DNA from: Dickeya dadantii NCPPB 898
Lineage (GTDB): Bacteria; Pseudomonadota; Gammaproteobacteria; Enterobacterales; Enterobacteriaceae
Direction: 5' to 3'
Assembly (NCBI RefSeq): GCF_000406145.1
Contig: NZ_CM001976.1
Coordinates: 1,555,315-1,587,314, forward strand
Length of the DNA stretch: 32,000 nucleotides
This document shows, piece after piece, positions 8,215 to 17,575 of this stretch. Positions within the stretch are counted from its first letter, which is position 1, and each line of letters starts with the position of its first letter. The position numbers and the translations under genes were made by a program. The notes under the pieces were generated by a model that worked only from the letters and a program-made list of their open reading frames with translations, was not told the DNA's origin and searched no databases.

Positions 8215-9078
8215 TCAGCGCGGGGCCGACAGTTTGTCCTGCGTTTGCGTCTCGAAGTCGCTGGCGTCGTGACGCTCATGCAACTGGGTGGCGGGATCGC
8301 CGCTCAGGCGGTTGACCATGCGGCCGCGCTGGACTGCGGGGCGGGCGAGAATGGCGTCCGCCCAGCGCACCACATGTGGGTAGTCGTGAACGGACAGAAA
8401 TTCGGCGCCGTCATAAAGCCAGCCTTTCACCAGACCGCCGTACCAGGGAAACGCGGCGATGTCGGCGATGGTATAGTGGGAACCGGCCAGATAGTCGCTT
8501 TGCGCAAGCCGCTGATTGAGGACATCGAGCAGGCGTTTGGTTTCCATCGCGAAGCGATCGATAGCGTATTCGATCTTGACCGGCGCGTAGGCGTAGAAGT
8601 GGCCGAAACCGCCGCCAAGGTAGGGCGCGCTGCCCATCTGCCAGAACAGCCAGGACAGGCATTCGGCGCGTTCAGCCGCGTCGGTCGGCAGGAATTCGCC
8701 AAACTTCTCCGCCAGATAAAGCAAAATAGCACCTGACTCAAACACCCGCACCGGCTGTGGCCCGGAGTGGTCGACGAGCGCCGGGATCTTGGAATTGGGG
8801 TTGGCTGCTACGAAGCCACTGCTGAACTGATCGCCGTTGCCGATTCTGATTAGCCAGGCGTCGTATTCCGCGCCGCTATGACCAAGCGCCAGCAGTTCTT
8901 CCAGCAGGATCGTCACTTTCTGGCCGTTTGGCGTCGCCAGCGAATAGAGCTGGAGCGGATGACGGCCGACCGGCAGGTCTTTGTCGTGGGTGGCGCCGGC
9001 GATCGGGCGATTGAGGCCGCCGCTGGTTTTATTCCAGGTCCAGACTTTCGGTGGTACGTATTCGGATGAATCGGTCAT
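8215..9078 (-). CDS. yghU: Nu-class glutathione S-transferase-like protein (disulfide-bond reductase YghU family)
   Basis: The start is at the internal ATG (9078), preceded by AGGAGG. MTDSSEYVPPKVWTWNK...HPLQLYSLATPNGQKVTILLEELLALG..AEYDAWLIRIGNGDQFSSGF...GGGFGHFYAYAPVKIEYAIDRF...LHERHDASDFET closely parallels recalled E. coli YghU (288 aa). The 75-codon upstream extension in the track ORF is not homologous. Confidence 0.88.
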   Translation of the reverse strand: MTDSSEYVPPKVWTWNKTSGGLNRPIAGATHDKDLPVGRHPLQLYSLATPNGQKVTILLEELLALGHSGAEYDAWLIRIGNGDQFSSGFVAANPNSKIPALVDHSGPQPVRVFESGAILLYLAEKFGEFLPTDAAERAECLSWLFWQMGSAPYLGGGFGHFYAYAPVKIEYAIDRFAMETKRLLDVLNQRLAQSDYLAGSHYTIADIAAFPWYGGLVKGWLYDGAEFLSVHDYPHVVRWADAILARPAVQRGRMVNRLSGDPATQLHERHDASDFETQTQDKLSAPR

Positions 9079-9302
9079 GCAAACCTCCTGATAATCACAT
9101 TCGGCAGGGAAAGGACAATTAACGCGATGGACGGGCCAGATTAACCCACGCTTGCACCGGTGGGTGTTGCCATTGGTGCCGGGCGTATTTTTTCCAACTC
9201 TTCGGCCGGTTCCTCTGCCCGCTGGCGCATCAAGGCTGACGTGTCTCGTCCCCATGACGGCCCTTTTCGGTAGATTATCTGCGTTCATTATCTGAATACG
9301 CA

Positions 9303-11198
9303 CTATCTGAAGGCATATTCAAGACCGGCACTGACGCCATAATCACCTTTCCTGGCGTTACCACCAAACTGACTGGAATATTGCAACCATGTGTGCAGAT
9401 TGGTGGTGATATTCAGCATAACCCCGGCGTCTGCCGAGTCCCAATTTTTCTCTGAAACCGCCCCCGACATAGAGAAAGAACCATTCATAGTGTTCAATCC
9501 GGCCGTTACCTGCGGGGCATGAGTCATGTAGTCATGATTCCTGGCGATCTCGGCGAAAGGGCTGATATCCAAACCGAATACCGACCACTGCCCCTGAGCA
9601 CGCCAGCCAAGACCGGAAACCAGAGAATTACGACGTTGCGCGGAGAACCACATGGCGGAACTGTCATCCCCACGCTCACTGTAGCCGTATACCTTGACGA
9701 ACTGGCGCTCCAGACGGGCAAAAGGGCCTGTTTTAACTGGCCCCAGATTGAACCACCAGCCACCATCAATGCCGCCGCCAAGGTGATGTCCTTTCACTGA
9801 GCCGGATTCTCGGCGATTTGCCGGGCCAATATGAATGGTACGATAAACATCATCAAAGTTGGATCGACCAGTGTTGAAGAATGCGCTCAGCCAGGCATGA
9901 TCGAGGTGATAGACCTCGTAAAGCGCGATGCTGTCGTCATAGAGCTTATAACCTGCGTCATCAATAGCGGCCTGTTGATTAGAAAGCGTCACCACCGCGC
10001 CTGCGTTAACGTTTTCACTAAGTTTCAGGTCGCCGCCAACCGAAATAAAGCGGTTATTGCCGCTGGTTGACAGGGTATTGTCGGGTGAGCGGGCGTGGCG
10101 GTAATCACCGCCAAGGAAGACTCGGGTCGCGCTCCCGCTTGTATCGGCCAGGATTTCATTACGCAGCAACGTGTACTGCGATTGGGTGGCCGCTAATGGG
10201 CCTTTGCTCAGCAGTGAGATTTTACCGGGCGCGGCAATTTCAGATAGCACGACACTGGCAAGCATCTTGTTGACACCCGTTGTGGGGTGAACGTTATCAG
10301 CGAAAAAATAGCTATATTCTGTTCCGCTGGTGTAATCATTCGAGGTGCATAATAGCGATGATATTGTATCGCAGGCACCGCTGGTGGTGTTGATAATGCC
10401 ATAGGCTGATGGGTTCGCCATTATTTCATTCAGTAGTCCATAGGTATTTACCGGAATGATATTAAGCCCATTTTTACTCAGTGCATTCAGGCCATTATTT
10501 AAGGTCTGATTGTATTGGGTTACAACCTCTTGATATTTTTCCTGTCGGTCATTAATCTTTGCGTCAGGCGTGGCGCTGAGGTTAGACATATTATAAACCA
10601 CAGCGTATTTCCCACCTGCATTGTGCAGGCTACTTAATAATGATATCTCAGCCTCTGCCACAGGGATAATTTCAGCGGTTGGGGTATCGGGCGCAGACTC
10701 GTAAAGCGCATAGATATCATTGGAGCCTGCCCACATTTGATAAAGTGTCGACGCGTTGACAGTATTATCTCTCAGGTAGTTATTAACCTGAGCCTGAATG
10801 GTCGGTGAGAAAATTATACCCAATGAGTAATTATTAAGTACGCCGGCGCCACCCCAGGCATTGTTAGTCCCCCCGGAGGATGAATCTGTAGCCGACAGAC
10901 CTAACCCTTCTGCGACATACATGACGGCGGTTTCTCCGGGATTGGTTGTAAATCTTGCAATACCAAGCCCTAATGCCTGTGAAAGGTTACCCGCGTCGCT
11001 TAAACTATCGCCGAAAACGACCGTGCTATTGAACGTTTCCGCCTCTCCGGTCAGGGTATAAAGGAATAGGACAGTAATAGTAAGTAATACATAGGCTTTA
11101 TCTCGCACACTAAATACATAAGCCAAACACCAACAGATATACAGATTAATAACATTGACAGGATAAGGCCTTTTGAAGGCTTTTCGGATCAGTAACAT
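9303..11198 (-). CDS. SGNH/GDSL-family lipase/esterase autotransporter (EstA/ApeE-like, type Va secretion)
   Basis: GDSL block I is VVFGDSLSDAGN, block III is WAGSNDIY and block V is FADNVHPT. The C-terminal roughly 270 aa show the alternating beta-strand pattern of an autotransporter barrel and end ...GVSAGLEYAFR. The start is ambiguous: ATG 11240 (track), ATG 11198 (AGGAG 10 nt upstream, chosen) or GTG 11108. The locus is low in GC. Confidence 0.8.
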   Translation of the reverse strand: MLLIRKAFKRPYPVNVINLYICWCLAYVFSVRDKAYVLLTITVLFLYTLTGEAETFNSTVVFGDSLSDAGNLSQALGLGIARFTTNPGETAVMYVAEGLGLSATDSSSGGTNNAWGGAGVLNNYSLGIIFSPTIQAQVNNYLRDNTVNASTLYQMWAGSNDIYALYESAPDTPTAEIIPVAEAEISLLSSLHNAGGKYAVVYNMSNLSATPDAKINDRQEKYQEVVTQYNQTLNNGLNALSKNGLNIIPVNTYGLLNEIMANPSAYGIINTTSGACDTISSLLCTSNDYTSGTEYSYFFADNVHPTTGVNKMLASVVLSEIAAPGKISLLSKGPLAATQSQYTLLRNEILADTSGSATRVFLGGDYRHARSPDNTLSTSGNNRFISVGGDLKLSENVNAGAVVTLSNQQAAIDDAGYKLYDDSIALYEVYHLDHAWLSAFFNTGRSNFDDVYRTIHIGPANRRESGSVKGHHLGGGIDGGWWFNLGPVKTGPFARLERQFVKVYGYSERGDDSSAMWFSAQRRNSLVSGLGWRAQGQWSVFGLDISPFAEIARNHDYMTHAPQVTAGLNTMNGSFSMSGAVSEKNWDSADAGVMLNITTNLHTWLQYSSQFGGNARKGDYGVSAGLEYAFR

Positions 11199-11347
11199 AA
11201 TGCTGGCACTCCTGGTATTCTTATTAAAGATAATAATCATCGCCTTTTCGTAACTTAAATAAGTTCATAATTTACATGCTGTGATGGTGAATCAAGGGTG
11301 TTTTAGTTGGGTTTGCGATTATTATTGATGCAATAATAAATAAATTC

Positions 11348-11388
11348 ATAAGACATGTCTTATATGTGAATTTATGAGATATGTCTCA
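11348..11388. promoter_or_regulatory. Two related palindromes (candidate operator) upstream of the lipase autotransporter
   Basis: ATAAGACATGTCTTAT (11348-11363) is a perfect 16-bp palindrome. TGAGATATGTCTCA (11375-11388) is a 14-bp palindrome with one mismatch that shares the AGAyATGTCT core. The centres are 26 bp apart. Confidence 0.45.
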
Positions 11389-11562
11389 GGTGGTGGTATA
11401 TTCAATATGCTATGGTTTTTATGTGTTTTATTTTTTTCGTCAGTATTCTGGGGAATTACTGCTAAATTAGGAAATTCAGCAGGTTTAAATTATTCCGGCT
11501 CATATTGTGTTGGCGATATTCGATTATTTAAATCGTGTCGACATTTTATCTGCGCGTTCGTC

Positions 11563-12468
11563 TCAGGATTCCAGGCCGTTGGGAAGCTCCGCAGCGAGTA
11601 CATCGATTGCCAGTCTGCAGCGCAATGGCAGGTGATGCGCCGCAGGCCAGACGGCGTAGCACTCCATAACCGCGCCCGGACGGTCGCCCCAGATTTCGAC
11701 CAGCTCGCCGCGTTGTATCCGCTCCCTGACGAGCCAGTGAGGCAGCCAGGCAATCCCCATTCCCTCGACGGCGGCATCCGCGACGACCTCAAGATCATTG
11801 AAACGCATCCGTGAACTGACCTGAATGTCGACCAGTTCGCCCGTCGAGTCCGGCAGTCGCCAGGGCATGCCATGATCCTTTCGCCAGTAGGCGAGCAGGT
11901 CGTGCTCCGATAAGTCCTCAAGCGAACGCGGTTCGTTTTTCGCGGCCAGATAAGCCGGAGCCGCGCAGAGAACCTTGCGTTGGCTGACCAGCCGGCGGGC
12001 GCGCAGCGACGACTCGTTGCCCAGGGGGCCGTTGCGCAGCGCGAGATCGAATCCGTCCGCGATCAGATCGACGTAACGGTCGCTAAAATTCAGTTCGAGT
12101 TCGAGCCTGGGGTGCTGACGTGCATAGTTCCGCAGGATCGGCGCCACGCAATAACGCCCGAACAGGACCGGGAGCGAGACTCGTAGCTTGCCCGCCACTT
12201 CCCGGCGTCCTGACTCCAGCAGCGCCTCACCGGCACGCAGTTCATCGATGGCGCGAATGCACCGTTCGTAATACTGTTGCCCGTCCTCGGTAAGGCTCTG
12301 TGTCCTCGTGGTCCGCTGAAACAGCTGGACGCCAAGTCTTTCCTCAAGACGCGCGATCGCCTTACCCACTGCCGAACGCGTCAGCGCAAGCCGTTCACCG
12401 GCTTTTGCGAAGCCGCCCGCGTCGACAACCTCGACGAACAGTTGCACGCCATCGAATCTATTTAGCAC
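11563..12468 (-). CDS. LysR-family transcriptional regulator
   Basis: 301 aa with a GTG start. It has the N-terminal wHTH FAKAGERLALTRSAVGKAIARLEERLGVQLFQRTTR and a LysR substrate-binding fold C-terminal part. It is divergent from the 12653-18583 cluster. Confidence 0.88.
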   Translation of the reverse strand: MLNRFDGVQLFVEVVDAGGFAKAGERLALTRSAVGKAIARLEERLGVQLFQRTTRTQSLTEDGQQYYERCIRAIDELRAGEALLESGRREVAGKLRVSLPVLFGRYCVAPILRNYARQHPRLELELNFSDRYVDLIADGFDLALRNGPLGNESSLRARRLVSQRKVLCAAPAYLAAKNEPRSLEDLSEHDLLAYWRKDHGMPWRLPDSTGELVDIQVSSRMRFNDLEVVADAAVEGMGIAWLPHWLVRERIQRGELVEIWGDRPGAVMECYAVWPAAHHLPLRCRLAIDVLAAELPNGLES

Positions 12469-12503
12469 GTCATTACCCTTGGGTTTGTAGAAATTTTGGA
12501 AGC

Positions 12504-12528
12504 ATTAAGTGGAATTTAATCCACTAAT
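12504..12528. promoter_or_regulatory. Dyad-symmetric candidate LysR recognition site in the divergent promoter region
   Basis: ATTA-AGTGGA-ATTTAA-TCCACT-AAT has perfect 6-bp arms (12508-12513 and 12520-12525). It lies 40-60 bp upstream of the LysR start and about 130 bp upstream of the WrbA-like gene. The spacing is T-N12-A rather than the textbook T-N11-A. Confidence 0.45.
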
Positions 12529-12582
12529 CGTGATTCTAATTCTACTTTATAGTGCCTGGAGGATAAACAAAAGTTCGTGGCG

Positions 12583-12619
12583 CCTTGGGAGAGTGGGTGA
12601 GGCAATCACTCTCCCAAGG
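12583..12619 (+). other. Strong stem-loop (13-bp perfect stem, 11-nt loop) in the leader of the WrbA-like gene
   Basis: CCTTGGGAGAGTG (12583-12595) pairs with CACTCTCCCAAGG (12607-12619). There is no T-tract after it, and it ends 33 nt before the ATG at 12653. Confidence 0.6.
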
Positions 12620-12652
12620 TCCATGCACAACCAACAACGAAAGGCACAACAG

Positions 12653-13222
12653 ATGTTAATTTCGATCGTTTATGACAGCGGATATGGCCACACCGCCCGT
12701 GTTGCCGACGCTGTTGCTGAAGGCGCCCGCGAAGTCGACGGCGCAGACGTGAAGCTCATCGCCGTCGCCGACGGCCCGATGGACTGGGAAACGCTGGAGA
12801 ACAGTGACGCGATTATCTTCGGCTCGCCGACCTATAACGGCCTGATCACCGCGAAGCTCAAGCAGTTCTTTGAGGACTCCACCAAGGCGGCATGGACCAC
12901 GCAGAAATGGCGTAACAAGATTGCGGCCGGTTTCACCAACTCCGGCGCCCAGCATGGCGACAAGCTTAACTCGCTGATGTCAATGGTACTGTTCGCCGCC
13001 CAGCACGGCATGATCTGGGTGGGTCTGGACCTGATGCCGGGCAACAGCAGCAGCGCCGGCAGCCCTGACGATCTCAACCGTCTGGGAAGCTGGCTTGGCG
13101 TCATGACGCAGGCCAATACGGACGAGTCCCCCGAAGTCGCACCGCCCGGCAGCGATCTGAAGACCGCGCAATACCTTGGCCGCCGGGTGGCGCAAACCGC
13201 CCGTCGATTTCATTCCGCCTGA
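12653..13222 (+). CDS. Flavodoxin-fold NAD(P)H:quinone oxidoreductase-like protein (WrbA-like)
   Basis: In-frame ATG at 12653, with GAAAGG upstream. MLISIVYDSGYGHTARVADAVAEGAREVDGADV...AIIFGSPTYNG...FTNSGAQHGD follows the WrbA/flavodoxin pattern (YSxYGH...AEG...GxPTxxG). Confidence 0.75.
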   Translation: MLISIVYDSGYGHTARVADAVAEGAREVDGADVKLIAVADGPMDWETLENSDAIIFGSPTYNGLITAKLKQFFEDSTKAAWTTQKWRNKIAAGFTNSGAQHGDKLNSLMSMVLFAAQHGMIWVGLDLMPGNSSSAGSPDDLNRLGSWLGVMTQANTDESPEVAPPGSDLKTAQYLGRRVAQTARRFHSA

Positions 13223-13252
13223 CCCACGCCATCCCCGAACAGGAGACTGACT

Positions 13253-13552
13253 ATGAAACTGCTTTGCCTTGATATCCCCCAGCCCGGCGCAACCCTGGCG
13301 CAGTACGAACCCTATATGCTGGATGAAGTCCGGCACGGCTGGGAATTGTACAAAAGCGGTCTGGTTCGCGACATTTACTTCCGACAGGATCGCCCGGGTG
13401 TTGCCATCATCGCCGAGTGCGAGTCTGTCGACGCCGCGAAGGCGGCGCTGGCCGAGTTTCCACTCGCTAAAGCCGGGTTAATCGACTGGGATATCATCCC
13501 ACTTGGCCCCTTCACGAACTGGGAAGCGCTGTTTGCCCGGGACAACGCCTGA
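13253..13552 (+). CDS. Small ferredoxin-fold protein, muconolactone delta-isomerase-like
   Basis: 99 aa. Its length and pattern (E..R.GWELYKSG..RDIY....PG.AIIAECES.D.A...L.EFPL...GLI...IIPLGPF) resemble the muconolactone isomerase domain. The call rests on pattern only. Confidence 0.45.
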   Translation: MKLLCLDIPQPGATLAQYEPYMLDEVRHGWELYKSGLVRDIYFRQDRPGVAIIAECESVDAAKAALAEFPLAKAGLIDWDIIPLGPFTNWEALFARDNA

Positions 13553-13649
13553 GCGTCGGACTTGCTATTCCTGTCTCGCCCCGCGCTGCCGGAGCGGCAA
13601 TCTGCTTCATGGTATCCGGCGCAAGATGCAAGATGAAAGAGGACCATTC

Positions 13650-14698
13650 ATGAATGTATTAGGCTTTGCCGCACAATCGGCTGCCAGCCCGCTCGAAAAG
13701 TTCGCCTTCACGCGACGCGCTCCGCAAGCGGATGATGTGGTGATCGATATCCTGTACTGCGGCGTCTGCCACACCGACCTGCACCTTGCCCGCAATCATG
13801 GCGGATTCTCGACCTATCCCATCGTGCCCGGACACGAAATTATCGGTCGGGTGCGGCAGGTCGGTCATCAGGTCACCCGTTTCCGCGTCGGCGATAGGGT
13901 CGGCGTCGGCTGCATGGTTGATTCCTGCCAGCACTGCGCACCCTGCCAGCAGGGCTGGGAGCAGGACTGTATTGACGGCGCCACATTCACCTACAACAGT
14001 ACCGACAGGCACGATGGCAGCGTGACCTACGGCGGCTATTCTGACTCCATCGTGGTGCGTGACAGTTCGTTCTGTCCTTGCCTGATAGCCTCGATCCAGC
14101 CGGCGCCGCGCCGCTCCTGTGCGCAGGCATCACCACCTGGTCGCCTTTGCGCCGTTGGAACGTGGGCAAAGCCAGCAAGGTTGCGGTGATCGGTCTTGGC
14201 GGGCTGGGTCATATGGCGTTGAAACTTGCCAAAGCGCTGGGCGCCGATGTCACGCTGTTCACACGATCCACCGGCAAGGAAGAAGATGCGTTCCGCCTTG
14301 GCGCCGATCATGTCGTGCTGTCGAGTGAACCGGAGCAGATGCAGGCTGTCGCGGGGCGTTTCGACGTCATCATCGACACGGTTCCCTACGACCACGATAT
14401 CAATCCTTACATGCCCACCCTGACGCTGGAAGGCGTACTGGTGCTGGTGGGTTACATGGCGCCCCTGAGCACTCCGGTGAATGCCGGCTTATTGGTGCGA
14501 GGCCGTCGCGCGGTATCGGGGTCGTTCATCGGCGGCGTGCCGGAAACCCAGCAGATGCTCGATTTCTGCGGCGAGCACGGCATCGTCTCCGACGTTGAAA
14601 TCATCCCCATCCAGAACATTAACGACGCGTATGAGCGCATGTTGAAAAGCGACGTCAAGTATCGCTTCGTCATCGACATGGCGTCGCTCAAAGCGTGA
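13650..14698 (+). pseudogene. Zn-dependent NADP alcohol/aldehyde dehydrogenase (YahK/cinnamyl-ADH type) interrupted by a frameshift near 14063
   Basis: The N-terminal half (frame of ORF 13503..14189, ATG 13650) reads MNVLGFAA...CGVCHTDLH...GHEIIGRV...GGYSDSIVVRD and then loses similarity. The C-terminal half (ORF 14078..14698) continues one frame over from 14063: QFVLSLPDSLDPAGAAPLLCAGITTWSPL...VIGLGGLGHMALKLAKALGA...KYRFVIDMASL. A TGA at 14060-14062 blocks the second frame upstream. Confidence 0.8.
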
Positions 14699-14709
14699 GG
14701 AGTCCAGAC

Positions 14710-15399
14710 ATGAGCGGTACTATCAAACCCATTCTTTGCGTTGTGACCAGTCACCCGATTAGGGGCGACAGCGGTGAGCCCACCGGATTTGCGCTGGTCG
14801 AACTGACTCATCCGCTTGATGTGTTCGAAAAAGCCGGTATTCCGGTGGAGATCGCCTCAATCCGCGGCGGTCATCCGCCGATTGATTTTTTCGACCTTTC
14901 CGACCCGGTGAATGCCCGCTTCTGGCAAGACAAGGCTTTTCGTGATGCGCTGGCGCACTCACTGGTGCTCGGCGATCTCGACCCGTCCCGCTATTCAGCG
15001 GTCTTCTTTGCCGGCGGACATGGCACGATGTGGGATTTTGCCGACAGCTCGGCCGTACAAACCATCATTCGGGACATCTGGGAAGCCGGCGGTATCGTTT
15101 CCGCCGTCTGTCACGGCCCTGCCGCGCTGGTGAACGCCACGCTGTCAGACGGCACCTGGCTTGTCGCGGGCAAGAACGTCGCTGCCTTTACGGATGAAGA
15201 AGAAACTGCGGTCGGGTACAGCGCGGTGGTGCCTTATCTGCTGGCGAGCGCCCTTAAACAGCGCGGCGCGCGGCATCAGCCCGCGCCGGACTGGGCTGAA
15301 AACGTGGTGACGGATGGTCGGCTGGTAACCGGTCAAAATCCGGCATCGGCGCATGGCGTCGGCGTGGCGGTCGTCAACCAGCTCAAGGCAACCGCCTGA
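14710..15399 (+). CDS. DJ-1/PfpI-family (class I glutamine amidotransferase-like) protein, possible glyoxalase III/deglycase
   Basis: ATG at 14710 with GAGGAG 6 nt upstream. The nucleophile elbow is AVCHGPAAL. The FFAGGHG and VTGQNPAS motifs are typical of the Hsp31/DJ-1 superfamily. Confidence 0.8.
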   Translation: MSGTIKPILCVVTSHPIRGDSGEPTGFALVELTHPLDVFEKAGIPVEIASIRGGHPPIDFFDLSDPVNARFWQDKAFRDALAHSLVLGDLDPSRYSAVFFAGGHGTMWDFADSSAVQTIIRDIWEAGGIVSAVCHGPAALVNATLSDGTWLVAGKNVAAFTDEEETAVGYSAVVPYLLASALKQRGARHQPAPDWAENVVTDGRLVTGQNPASAHGVGVAVVNQLKATA

Positions 15400-15449
15400 C
15401 GGGGAATCTGTCGGGGTAGATGGCTGCCGGCAGGCCGCGATAATCGTAG

Positions 15450-16606
<1,157 letters not shown>

Positions 16607-16679
16607 CCGTAGCACGATGGTTGTTTTCGCGCCTTGAGGCCGGTTGGCTTGAAGAACAGATCGCATCGGGAGGGACACC

Positions 16680-17474
16680 ATGAAACGTATCGTATTGGCC
16701 GCCGCGCTCTCGCTCGTGCTGAGTGAACCCGCGTTGGCGAAAGAAAGAACAGGAGGCACCATCATGCCAGAAAGCGTATCGTCATTGTCGATCAACGACA
16801 TTCAATCCGTATCCCCGGCGCTTGCCCGCTATGCCCGCGAAGACGTGCTGGCGGACCTGTGGCAAAGGCCGCAGCTGTCGCCGCGCGACCGCAGTATCGT
16901 CACCGTCGCCACCCTGATTGCGCGCAACCAACCCGCCGAGCTCCGGCACTATGTTGGTGTGGCGCTCGATAACGGTGTGACCCCGGCTGAGATCTCCGAA
17001 ATCATCACCCACCTGGCTTTCTACGCCGGTTGGCCGAACGCGATGTCGGCGATCGCCGTCACTAAGGATGTCTTCGCGGCGCGAGGCGTCACCGCCGGGC
17101 AGCTTCCTCCGGCGTCACCGCCGTTGCTGCCGCTCAATGAAGAGGCGGAGCAACGGCGCGCTACCACCGTCGAGAACAGCATCGGCTCCGTTTCGCCGGG
17201 ATTGGTGAAATTCACGACCGATCCGCTGTTTCTCGACCTCTGGCAGCGGCCCGGGCTTGCCGCGCGGGATCGCAGTCTGGTGACCGTCACGTCGTTGATC
17301 GCATCGGGCCAGAGCGCACAGATCGCCTATCATCTCAACCGCGCCATGGATAACGGCCTGACCGCCGAAGCGGCGGGGGAAGTCGTGGCACATGCGGCGT
17401 TCTATGCCGGCTGGCCGAATGCGTTTTCCGCATCGGCGGTGGTCGCGGAGGTACTGCGCAGTCGTGCGAAATAG
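16680..17474 (+). CDS. Carboxymuconolactone decarboxylase (AhpD-like) family protein with two tandem CMD domains and an N-terminal signal peptide
   Basis: The signal peptide is MKRIVLAAALSLVLSEPALA|KE. Two internally repeated modules are visible: DLWQRPQLSPRDRSIVTVATLIA...ITHLAFYAGWPNAMSA and DLWQRPGLAARDRSLVTVTSLIA...VAHAAFYAGWPNAFSA. Confidence 0.8.
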   Translation: MKRIVLAAALSLVLSEPALAKERTGGTIMPESVSSLSINDIQSVSPALARYAREDVLADLWQRPQLSPRDRSIVTVATLIARNQPAELRHYVGVALDNGVTPAEISEIITHLAFYAGWPNAMSAIAVTKDVFAARGVTAGQLPPASPPLLPLNEEAEQRRATTVENSIGSVSPGLVKFTTDPLFLDLWQRPGLAARDRSLVTVTSLIASGQSAQIAYHLNRAMDNGLTAEAAGEVVAHAAFYAGWPNAFSASAVVAEVLRSRAK

Positions 17475-17575
17475 TCGTGCGAATATAGCGCATCGCAATC
17501 TCACCCGAGGACCACGGCGCGACCCACGCAGCCCGGACGGTGAGCGACGTTAAACCGAAGTAGGGGAATGCAACG

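Noticed and set aside
9079-9303. The 5' extension of the yghU ORF (track 362 aa).
   Set aside because: YghU homology and a strong AGGAGG RBS start at 9078. The extension has no coding character.
9275-9309. Three TTATCTG / TATCTG motifs near the lipase stop codon.
   Set aside because: The motif is short, the spacing is irregular (13 and 16 bp) and the background is AT-rich. This is easily explained by chance.
11374-11814. A 146-aa plus-strand ORF with a hydrophobic N-terminus.
   Set aside because: Two-thirds of it overlaps the LysR gene on the opposite strand. It has no RBS and no family motifs. A short membrane peptide from 11374-11560 cannot be excluded but is unsupported.
15396-15419. Imperfect 12-bp duplications at gene ends: CTGACGGGGAAT/CTGTCGGGGTAG here, and TGGACTACGCTC/TGGACTGCGCCG at 18720-18743.
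   Set aside because: Only about 9 of 12 positions are identical. Matches of this quality are expected many times by chance in 32 kb, so I did not count them with the strong arrays.
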